Shown here: piece after piece, positions 12,421-23,686 of the stretch
Numbering within the stretch: the stretch's first letter is position 1
Layout of the letters: each line of letters starts with the position of its first letter
Origin: Marsupella aquatica
Lineage: Eukaryota; Plantae; Marchantiophyta
Length of the DNA: 64,000 bases
NCBI GenBank assembly: GCA_973895155.1
Contig: OZ316891.1
Location: 18,625,048-18,689,047 of the forward strand
Direction: 5' to 3'
Notes under the pieces: generated by a model
Databases searched by the model: none
What the model saw: only the letters and a program-made list of their open reading frames with translations
What the model was told of the DNA's origin: nothing
Made by a program: the position numbers and the translations under genes

Positions 12421-14289
12421 TTGATTAAGACCTAGCAAGCATATTTTGCATACACTGGATTGAAAGCAAAGCTATGGATACAGCAGTCAGATTGAATTAC
12501 AGAAAATCTATAGTTTACAATGTAACTTGTGGGCACCATACCTGACTAGTCATTGCCAGGCACTTCACTCCATTGTAGCGCCTGCATGCACAATCTACGT
12601 TCCAACAGTGACTTGTGAAGTCAAGGAAGCAGAGATTGCTGCTAGAGAATGTACATCTAAGCTGTACATCCTACTGCCACCCTTTCGACCAACCTCACAT
12701 GGAGTCAAAGCAAACCTAATATAAACTACAGATTTTGCATGAGTATAGCTTGAGGGTGCAGTGTCATTGAATACAAATCTGGTTTCTGATTTTGGAATTG
12801 GTTGAAACCACCTTCCCTTCAATGCCAAGTCGCCTGCATCGAACTCCACCTCATACCCGTCTGTAAATCTCTCTTTGATTGTGTGCAGTACCTCCTCACA
12901 TTGAAGGACGTAGAAATCAGCACCCCACTTATTTGGCTGCTCGGCTTCAACAGCATAAAAGTCACCTAGTTGGACCAATTCTGCCAAAAAGCCATCCTGC
13001 CATTGAGAACCTCCTTCCCCTAGTCCTATGTTGTGTATGTCAGGTATCACATCAATTGGCAGTACTCCTCTCACCATCTCGAGTTTAAAATGTCCTACCC
13101 ATTCTATGTTCTCACATTTGGCTGGTTCATCATCTACACAATGAGCACAGAAGCAACAAAGATCCCTTACTTGCAAAAGAGTAGAGAGATGATCACTAAA
13201 CCCATCAAAGCAATGTAGTGTTCTACTTCCCTTGATTGCGTCACAGTCCCATTTTTTCCTTCGGTTCACTTCATGTGCACCAATTTCCCAAAACATTCGC
13301 CTCACCAATTGAACGTCACCATATTCCTTCTCTTGGCCAAGGGCAAATTTGTCTTTGCAAAAAGCAACCACATCAGCAGCATTCTCCAACCGAGCTCCAT
13401 GAATTCCTTTCAGCTGCTCCTTCTCTATTCCGCTCTTAATGTGACCACCAAGAGCATCCTGAAATGAAGCACACCAATTACAATTCAATCAGAGGGTGAA
13501 TGAATGTACACCTGTGCAATTTGTAAAGCTCACTATTTACAATGAAAGCTCACTATAGTATTGAATCAGATTGTTCATGATGGTCAAATAGAGCAGTAAC
13601 TGATCAAAGACAGAGTTAAGAAACTCACAGCAACCCCCTTTCCATGTCCTGAAGCATGGAAGAACCATTTCATTCTAGCACCATGTCGCTTGTAATATCT
13701 GGAGACATAATAAAAAGGCCTGCAAGCCTTAAACTGTGAAGCCGCTCCATCTGACCAAACCCAATGGTGCTTGAATGAAATTTTCTCTTGCTTCATCCAG
13801 TTTACGTGTGAGTCCATGCAGTGTTGCACAAAAAGGGTGTCATGGGTGTTGTCATCACTAATGGAAAAATGGTAATCAGCTATAATGTCTCGATTCCCAA
13901 TGTTGTCTTGTGCCATTCCTACAGACCTACCTACGGCAGCCTCAATAGACTCAACATCCACTAGTACATATTAAGTTGATTTTCGATGCTCAATTTTTGC
14001 CAACAATCGGCGTCCGATTCTTTTAGCATCGGAAATTCCGATTATCAAAAAATGGCAATATGCCATACTCTCGGCTTCGGATATCTTCATTTCCGATATA
14101 ATTGACAACGGAACCTTTCCGATGCGTTAAAAAATGGATCATATCCGTTAGAAAACACATCGGATCCCTCAACAGAAACTTTGATTGATATGTCCGATGT
14201 TTTTTGTAACGAAAATGATGTGCGTTACAATATTGATCGGAAATTTTCCGTAGTTAATAATAACGGATATTATATCCGATTGTGCTAAC

Positions 14290-14445
14290 ATGGCAAAGTC
14301 CGATGTTGGGAGAATGGGAAAGTCCGATGCTGGGAGTATGGGAAAGTCCGATGCTAGAAGAATGGGAAAGTCCGATGCTGGAAGAATGGGAAAGTCCGAT
14401 GCTAGAAGAATGGGAAAGTCCGATGCTGGGAGTATGGGAAAGTCT
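14290..14445 (+). repeat. 21-bp subterminal tandem repeat (GGAAAGTCCGATGCTRGRAGAATG-like), about 7 copies
   Basis: Translates as repeated WESPMLE/G; inverted counterpart at 15315-15545. Confidence 0.92.
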
Positions 14446-15314
14446 GGTTATGACAAAAAGAAATTTTTTGATTGTGTTAGAATGAAAAGTTTTGATGTGT
14501 TAGATGGGGTATGTGGTTGCACCGACATACTCTTCCCAAAAGATGCAATCATTCTTGCATGCATGAATAACTTCATACTTGAGGCAAATGGACTTGAGTG
14601 TTGTTTTTGCCTCATTCCAAGACCCAACATATTGTTCCCTTACGGAAATATGTGCTCAACATGCCAAGTCCAAAATACATCATCTAGAAGGAGGTTGCTT
14701 GTCCCATGTAGTCTTTGTTGCAAGTCCAACAACAACATAGTTGATAAAAGATGAGACAATCAGGAGCCATTGACGCTGAGGCTTTGGAAGGACCAAAATA
14801 TCATCCATAACTAATAAGCCATAATTATCCCATATCAAATCTAATGAAGGAGGGCTTTACTATTGATGAATGACCCCTGCCAGATTTCTATTGGTTTCTC
14901 CTAGGGGAATGTAATAGGGTAACTAGAATAGGTCACTTGATGCAAAGATCTAATCTCATGATAGAGAAAAATGGATCAAGAATGGGTCCAAATTATGGGT
15001 CTTAGTAAACTCACAAGTGTATAAAATCCCCAAACACTCTAAGTCAAACAACAAAAGTGCTAAGCTTGCATGTACAATGTAAGGAATAAGAACCACAAAG
15101 TTAAGCTCATGTTGGAGGAATAGCAATTGGGATGGGTGACCAATTAGTTGAGAAAATTTGAAGAGTTCACATGTCAAGGGAGATGGGCACCTAGCTCATA
15201 GTTCCAAGGGCACCTAGCTCATAGTTCCAAATGAAAGTAGAAACCCAATTAAAGGAAGAGATGGGTGACCTGAGCATGTCGCGTCCGCTGAAATGCATAT
15301 CCCATTTTGATTGC

Positions 15315-15545
15315 TTCGGACTTTCCCATTCTCCTAGCATCGGACTTTCCCATTCTCTCACCATCGGACTTTCCCATTCTCCTAGCATCGGACTTTCCCA
15401 TTCTCCTAGCATCGGACTTTCCCATTCTCTCACCATCGGACTTTCTCATTCTCCTAGCATCAGACTTTCCCATTCTCCTAGCATTGGACTTTCCCATTCT
15501 CCCACCATCGGACTTTCCCATTCTCCCACCATCGGACTTTCCGAT
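15315..15545 (-). repeat. Same 21-bp repeat in inverted orientation, about 11 copies
   Basis: CATCGGACTTTCCCATTCTCC units. Confidence 0.92.
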
Positions 15546-18500
15546 AGAAGTCCGATTATCAATATCCGATACTATTAAAATGACATGTTGCGATGCTAGT
15601 AGTATCGGATATATGGTTTTTCAAATTTTATTTTACAAAGGCGTCCGATGTGGAGAGAATCGGAAAAAGGAGGTAAAATGTACTAGTGATCTTCACGATG
15701 TCTGTATGTCACAAGAATCAACAAGGTAATTTGTTTATTATCCCAATGCTGAGTTTGGATCTCATTCTAGACCTTGAACGTATAATTCTCAGAAAAGTCT
15801 ATGGACGACACTATAGTTCCCCGCGGGAAGGTCTTTAGGCAGAGTTTGGACTGAACAGCTTGCCAACAGGCTCGAAAATTATGAATAAGAAATGTCTTCA
15901 TTGTACCTAGTACGTGCAGCTTGAAATCAGGAAGAGAAGTTCTTCGATGCACCATCCGCAAGCGCTTTACCTTCTGTTGTGCGCTTTCAGCAGTCCCTTT
16001 TTTCTTTTCTCTCTTGTTCTATGTCTTCTCATCTAGCTCCACGTATTGAAAGGTTTCCCAATCAATATAAGGTGTCTCTATGATGTCCATCTCCATTTCA
16101 CACCATGACAACTTGTGAACTCCACATCTCTCACACTGACCAAAAATACAACTCTTCCGGTGCCATTCCTGACCCTCAAGCTTAGGACAAACTGCTCCTT
16201 CCATCCATTCTCGTACTGAAGTAATGGATGTCTTAGAGGCAATACAATTGCGACCCTCTGAAGAAGCATTGGGTGATCTACATATGGAACACTCACAATT
16301 ACAATCCTTTTGGTGCTGGTGTCTCCTAAACTTGTTGAGTGCCTCTTTCAACAGGTCCATTTCAACATGTTGTTTGCAGCAACAAACCATTCTATCCTTC
16401 ATAGTGCGGATATAGTATGGCTTTAATTGTTGAAAATATCTGAGACCTATAGAAATGCCATTCCCCTCCACGGTGCACCAATTTTCGAATTTCATGAAGA
16501 GCTCAACTTGCAAGACACGCAATATGAAATCAGGATCCATTCGCCAGGGGGTAAGGTTCAGCTTACTCATAGAAACTCTGTCATGCACTTCAGAGAATAC
16601 GAGTTCAACACGATCATACTATTAGCAAAAAATAATTATTTACCTCAGTATCCTCAAGCCAATGCTTGGAATGCTTCTCGTACTGCTTCAAACCTAGGCA
16701 TAGTTTGGCCACATCCTTCTTGCAAGGAGAAATTCGAGTATTGCTCTCCCAGTATTGTTCCACAATCTTTCGCACCTCAATAGAAATCTTGTCACTCCTA
16801 ACCTTTCGGTCACCGGTAGGATATCTCAATGCTGCATCCTGATCAAGCTGTTTCCTCATTGCACTTGCTTTGTGGATGTTTTGACGTTTGACACCCAAAG
16901 CTGTGGCCAATGAGGTCTGGTATCTACTCCCTACTATGGACTCTCCTACCAGCGATATCAAGAGCGCTCTCTTCATGGCTAGATGATCTTTGCGTCTAGC
17001 TGATTTCACAATTTTTAGAGATTTAACAAGGTCAATCACAGCAGACCCTACAGATGCATCTAGCCTTGCACACCCAAGCGCTGCAAGCTGGTATTGTCTC
17101 AAAGCACTATGCAACCAAAATCTCTCCATAACTAGCTTTCTAGCAGCCACATTAAGGTCTTTCATTCGACTCATTAAAACCCTAATGAAATTGGAAACTA
17201 ATCTATTGATGCACTGTCGCTTCCGGTTTGGGATAGGATCACCGTGGTCACTACATACCCCCGTTCTCTTCATGCGGGTGCAAGATTGGTGCTCCTCTTG
17301 GTATTGAGCTCGTTTCCTTGCTGCGTCTCTTCTCCGAAATGCTACAGCCTTGTCCAAATCATGAACTTGAAACTCTGGCTCATCAATAGACACTGCGAGT
17401 TGCGCATTCAATGCTTGGAGACGTGCTTCCCTTCTGCCTATGGTTGCATTCAAAACACAGACTCTTTCCTTGCCTTTAGCAACTTCCTCTTGCAAGTTTG
17501 AAAGCATGGTGTGTAACAACGGAGCAACCTCACTCTGTGCTTGGGCAGTGATTTCTCGTATGTCATCCATAGCAGCCATCTTTAGCGCCTCGCATTGTTG
17601 ATTCACACCACGAAGCAATTGCTGCCCTTCTTGCTCTGCCTCAGTGAGCATGTTTTCACATTGTAACTCCGCATCCGCAAGCATATCCGAACCTTGTTGC
17701 TCCGCATCTGCAAGAATGTCATTACAGTGCTGCTCTGCATCCGCAAGAACCTCGTTCTCCCAATTGCACTGAGTGGTTGCATCTTTTTTCTTCCTCTCAG
17801 ACTGATCGTAGTATTTCTGACGCCTTCTTTGGTTACGAGCCTCTCTCTTTATCCTTTCAAGTGCATCTTCTACGTTACTAAGAATCACCATCTCTCGTTG
17901 ATGAATTTGCAAATAAGCTCTGTATGTGCCCGCCCTCTATGCACTCACCTCTACTCTAAATATCTCCGACTTCCGAAATGGAATTGTTCATGAATAAGGA
18001 AGACTCTCAAGTGAAAGGAGGGATCTGAAAATAATGCAACATCAAACCTGACCGTGTGCATTCTTTCAAGCATTTCTTTAAGAATGGGAATATTGAAAGC
18101 ATTGCATGTTGTGCCTCGAGCTTTGGATACAGAGTCCGACGCAACATTCAAAATAAGTCACGAAGCTCCAAAGGAGTCGTCGGGCAACAGTGGTTGCAAC
18201 AGTCCTTGTTTTGGATTTAGCATAAAGTTTGGGATGTCTTAATTGATATTTTGAATTTTGAACCGTCCTAAAACCGGCGTCTATAATCAAACAAAGATCC
18301 TTAATCACTAACAACTAGCTTTTGGGGCCACCACTTCGCTTTAGAGGGGTACATTCAATGCATATTTGGACTCAAATTCAAATCTAACCTTTGGATGGGC
18401 ACGAAACAGATCTGGGCCCTTCCATGTCACATTTTGGTCACTGGAGAATATTCTGAGAATTAGTTCAAGGACCCAAGTCCTTTTGGTGGAGAAAGTGGAG

Positions 18501-21500
18501 ATCCTTTTAGTACCCCTCTAGCTTGCTTTTGACCTTTGGCTATTATGGAGTGCCGTGAGTTTAGGTTTTGGGCAATGACATCAAAACAAGTCATTTATGT
18601 TGTCAACCCTAGGAGTGAGGACTATGAGATTAGTGATTTAATATGTGAGTGACTAATTTTATGAGAATGTCCACCAAATGACTTCCTCACTTAGGTAATT
18701 GTGACGTGTCAATGAGGATGTACATCCTAAACCTATGCATATGTTTGTAATTTGTTTTGTGTTACATGCATATACTATTTGGGAATTTTGGCACCTAGGT
18801 TTCCACATCAATGGGTTTCAAAGGCCACCAGTACATTAAGTTTTTGAGTCACTGGTTATTATAAATGGTAATACATACTTGTGACAAGTATTTGTGTCAT
18901 CAAAAAAGCATTTGGCCCCAAACTTCCTCCATCTCCTAAAATTGATTGGCCAGGGGATAATAATGTTAGAGGGGTATTATGGAACCTGGAGATTGACTCC
19001 ATTACTACCCTCAACATCCCAGTAAAATTCCCGTTGCTGTCCCAAAGCCTTATTTGCCGACCATGTGTCATCCTGTCATGCCCTGGCCCTATTTTCCTTG
19101 GATCCCACGAAACAATGCCTGGCCACATTGGATCCCATTTTCCCATAAGAAATTCAGACCTGGGTTTAGGGTCGCCCGTTCAGTCACACCGGTCACACAA
19201 GTCACAAGTTCACGTTGTGAGTTAAGGTATTCTCGTGAAGTTGAGCAGCGAGTGGAGGTGCGAGGTCACTGCTGCGAGTTGAGGTGCAAGGTCGCTGCTG
19301 CAAGATCAGGGCTGAGCGGTGAGTTGAAGTGTGAGGTCGGTGCTGCGCGCAAGCTCGGTGCTAAGCAGTGAGTTGAGGTGCAAGGGCACTACTGTGAGGT
19401 CGCTGCTGTGAGGTCGCTGCTGTGAGGTCGCTATGAGGTCGCTGCTGCATTTTAGGGTGAAGGAGTTGAGGTCCGCTGCGCCTATGTTTCTTGAAGGTCA
19501 TGCGTGCTGCTCCCCATCTTTGCAATGTGGATGGAGTGTGGCCCGGTCTCTTGCGCTTAGTCTCTGCATTCCATCCGCAAGCCATTCGCGAGGTGGGACT
19601 GATCGGTGAGGACGGTGGGACTGATTCGAAGCTGTGCATTGTGAATAGGGAGCTCAAGCTGCGCGCACTTGGGCAATGCTAACCATCCTACATGTTGGAG
19701 CTGCAACATGAACGAGAGTTCTGCTCTACGCCTTTGGCTAGAGCTATAGAGGGAGTTGCTGCAACACCACTACCTTTACCTGCTACCATTTCATTTGCAT
19801 TGCAATACGCTTCGTCTCTGAGGTATCTTGGATAGTTGTGCATTCTCTGTCCACCTGCTGTGCTTCTTCACCCTGCCGGCCATGCTTTGATTTCGTGCTT
19901 CCTGTCCCCTTTGCCATGCTGCAAGTTTAGCGCTTTTGCTTCCCCTTTGCTGGATGCTGCCCCTTACAATCGTAAATTGAAGTTCTCCCTTTCCAATGCG
20001 CCTAGCTAGTATTAGTCCCAACCTCATTTGCCATTCAGTTATGTACATCGAGCTTGTGTAAGTGTGTCCCTGTTTCCAACCCCTGCCTAAATGTTCTACC
20101 TCAGGTACCTTGCTATCAGGTACTTTGCTCTCTCTCATTTCTGAGTCCTTGTTTGCTGGAATTTTCTCTTCAATCATGAAAAACAAAGATACCAGCATTT
20201 TGTACTAGACCTGAGCTGCTGGAATGTTATTGATCTCTGTAGGGTTGGGATTGTTGCTTTGTTGCCTTGGGATTCACAATCCCTGTATAATGTTCACTGA
20301 TTTGTTTTTGTCATTGTCTGGCCATGGTCCAAGTTTTGTCTTTTGGTATACTGCGCTTACTATGCAATGTCGTGCAGTAAACTCATTTCCTGCGAATTGA
20401 ACATTGAGCCAATATATTGGAGGTGGACATTGGAGTTGCAACAACCTACAAGGTTAGTTGTGCTAATCTTGAATCCGTTGTAGTCAGCGCCCCCCCCCCC
20501 TCACAAAAAGTTGTGGTCCTGTCTATCCCCGGTCTCTTTTGAATTGAAGACCAAGCTCTGTTTGACAACATCTAATTTCCTATGTAGCGGTAGGTCTCTG
20601 TTGCTTTTCCGACGGATTGCTTGCTCAAGCTTAGGGAAAGAATTGATATATTTGCCTTCTATCCTACTCCTTCACCTGCAAGCATTGACTTTTTTTAATG
20701 TTTTTTCAAAGTAGCCACTAAATACTGTGTGACTGCTAAGGTTTGCTCGCTGTGAGGAGATCCATGATAGTTTTGACTCTTCCCAAATCTTACTTGTGTT
20801 GGAACCACATTGGACCTACATATCTGCAGAGACTAGTTATTGCCGAGGTGCGATTGGAGCGACATTCCTGCCTGCATTTCCGCTTGCATCAATTTTGAGG
20901 ATTCTAAGAAAGATTGGACCTCTATTTGATAGTGGTGCTACCTAACAAGGGTCCAATGGAGGTGGGCTTGCTCCAATCTTGCTTGCATTATTGTCGTGTG
21001 TCTACTGTCATTATTGGTTTGTTGTTGAGATTATTTGAGAAACCCCCATTGTCTTTAGAAGAGATGCTGGGAGTAATTTGTAGGATGTGTTTGAATTGCA
21101 AACTTTTTCGGATTAATTTCTGCTATTCAAAATTACCTTGTCTGTCTGTTGATCCCATCAAATATAATATTCTTTGTTGATCCATCACTGAAAAACAAGG
21201 GCAGCCCCAACCCGGCTCTGCGTGAAGTTAAATTAACCAAAGTAAGAGTTGTTGCTGAGGTTCCACCTGAGCCACTGCATTGAGCCATGTTTGCTCTTCT
21301 ACTCAATCTCTCGTATTTTGTTTGTTTCTCAACACCTCTAATAGAAATCAAGTACATAGGAATTTAGAGGCAGCATTGGTAATTCCTTGATTGATCACTA
21401 CATTTACCAAGTATGCTTAACTTTTTGCTCTCTACGCAGAACACACATAAACCAGAGCCAAGTTATTTTTGACATTGCTTCTACTCTGTGAGACTGAGTT

Positions 21501-21646
21501 GGGCAGGACATCTTCTGAAGTGTACTTAAACCTCAGATTACGGTAAGTACACTACGCATACCATCTTTGTACTTGTTTGTTGCCCTTCTCCATAGACTTC
21601 TTGTAATATTTAAAGTAATTGTGCAGATCCACACATCACATCAGGC

Positions 21647-22349
21647 ATGGCACGGGCTACTGCTGCCTGGCTGGATCCAAAGTTTGCCCATAAAGAGCAC
21701 CTTCGCATGGATCCCCCTTATTGTTTTGAATGTGATGAGGGAGGTACTGTTTTGTTCTGCGATGGGCCTTGCAGTCGTCATTTCCATTACTTAGTTGTTG
21801 GGCAGGATCTTGAGGAGCCTGATGGCTATGGGTCTGAGTGCACACGCGTTGCCATTTCTAGAGGGCATGATTGGGCCAAGGAGTGGCTCTATGAACTCTG
21901 CCAGCAGAACCGAGGTCGTTGCTTAGTTTGCTTGTGGACTACTTGGCCGAACCCTAAAGCCCACTACAGATGAGCCCCTTGTGGTTCAATGTGCACAAGA
22001 TGATTGCTTTTCTTTCTATCACGTGGGTTGTCTGCGGACCATACTGAGGGCAAGGGAGTTGCCTCTCTTGGGGTATGCAGAGAACTTAGATGCACATCCC
22101 GCTGCTCTGATATGCCCAAGGCATTATTGTGATGTTTGCAAGGAGTATTGGGATGGCATCTGGGAATTTATCCAGTATCGTAGGTGCCCTCGTGCGTGGT
22201 GCAGGGATGAGGGACCAAAGGCAGACAAACACCTCAAGAGAGGGGTGAAGGGTAGAGAAACGTGGGATATTGGTCCATGGCGTATGGTGTACTGCAATCA
22301 CCATGTCATTCCAGAGGGTTCTGAGGTGCCACCACATGATTTCAAATAG
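21647..22349 (+). pseudogene. EDM2/NSD-type composite PHD-finger gene of CACTA A (frameshifted)
   Basis: CFECDEGGTVLFCDGPCSRHFH, CFSFYHVGC, CPRHYCDVC, RRCPRAW and MVYCNHH. Frameshift near 21930-21960 and apparent Cys-to-Tyr changes. Confidence 0.8.
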
Positions 22350-23686
22350 ATCATAATTAAGCCTTCAGTTGTGTAGAAAACACTGCATAGTACAAAGTAT
22401 ACTGAACTTAAAATGGGCTAAGGACTTATGGAAGTATACTGGACATAAAAAAATGGACTAAAGGGGTAGAGTGGAGCACCTGAGTTTTGGGTTGGATGAA
22501 AATGGAGTACTGTGTGAAGTTGGATTCAATGGACTAAGCTGAATTGGACTAAAGTAGGATGATTGTATGAAATGCAAGGGTCTTGGGACCAGGGGTGAGA
22601 CTGTTTGCCCTAGAGTAGAGCAACACTTCGTGGAGAAAGACCAGTATCAATTTTGATTGTATGATGACTGTTAAGAGTGTCAGTGGCAAACATGTGAAGA
22701 GCCTGAATGGAGATACATAACAAAAATACTAAAAAACATCACACTGACCTGAGCAAGACCTAAAATCCACCCAAGGTCTTAAAATTTTTGTTGTCCCTTT
22801 TTAGGGATCTGGCCGTAAGAAGGCAAACTTCACTTAATGTCTTTCAAGTATTGTAGTACTGCCTTTCTAAACCCACAGCCTTAAGAACGCTCTCAACCCG
22901 GGTCTCTGAACTTTCTCAAACTTTCTCATTTTTGATAATTTTGAAGACTGAGTGTGTATTTCATTCTTACTACTGCACAAAAACACTATATGTTTAATTA
23001 AATATGTACATTACATGAAACCCTTTCAGGCCCTTGTCCATATGTATCCTGATTTGTGCGGGGATGATGAAATGTTGTGATCTGGAATCTATTCTAGTAC
23101 CTGCCCACAACAAACTGCCTTGATGAAGAGGATCATTTCAACAAATGAATTCAAAAGACAAAGAATGAAGGAGGGGATTGTTGGACATTATGATTAATGT
23201 TTGTTATTGTACTCACTGTTTTGAAGGGTCTGAGATTGTTGACTACTGTGAACACCCTTGCCCTAAATCTGGTTGAGGTAGGCCTTTATTTGGTTTTGTA
23301 AACTTGTGTCATTTTGATTTGTACAATTCAGGTCTCCTTCAAATACCCAATGCCACTTACAATATGAAATGAGATTAGGTAACGTATCCAAGTAAATAAT
23401 TTCTGATCAAGTTGCTAATATGTCATCTGTTTACCTGTTGTTGGCATGCATGAACTATTCTATTGGCAAACGGGGCTAAAGTGGGAGCTGCCTTTACCTC
23501 AGCTGGAGTCCAGTACCTCAAATGTATGTCTAATTCTTCACTTGTGCACACATTTGCTTCACATGACGCTCTAGAAGATGGTATGGAAGGGTTTTGGAGT
23601 TGTCTAGAACAATTCATATGCTCTACAAGATGTCACAGAAGAAAGATGTGGCACAATTGTGTTTTTGATTAGGTAGTGCTGCAATC

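Larger units (their letters stand above)
13959..15688. mobile_element. Non-autonomous CACTA (En/Spm) element, 1730 bp
   Basis: TIRs CACTAGTACAT...ATGTACTAGTG; 3-bp TSD ATC (13956-58 and 15689-91); removal restores the host frame HRED-VESIE; no coding capacity. Confidence 0.95.
12595..17912 (-). pseudogene. Sola2-like DDD transposase, intron-containing, disrupted by stops and a CACTA insertion
   Basis: Segments 17912-16644, about 16508-15689, 13955-13629 and 13458-12595 join to give CCCKQH, DFSENYTFKV(Q)NEIQTQHW, WVWSDGAASQFK and HASGHGKGVA|DALGGHIK. TAG stops at 16019-21 and 15767-69. Superfamily label is from recalled motifs. Confidence 0.7.

Noticed and set aside
14290-15545. 21-bp, 56-bp, 73-bp and 83-bp periodic repeats as CRISPR arrays
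   Set aside because: No unique spacers, no cas genes, eukaryotic context; they are tandem repeats within or near TEs
19200-21600. Short ORFs in the leader regions of A and of B (35450-38100, 44700-46000)
   Set aside because: Not conserved between A and B and lacking motifs; probably UTR or intron sequence
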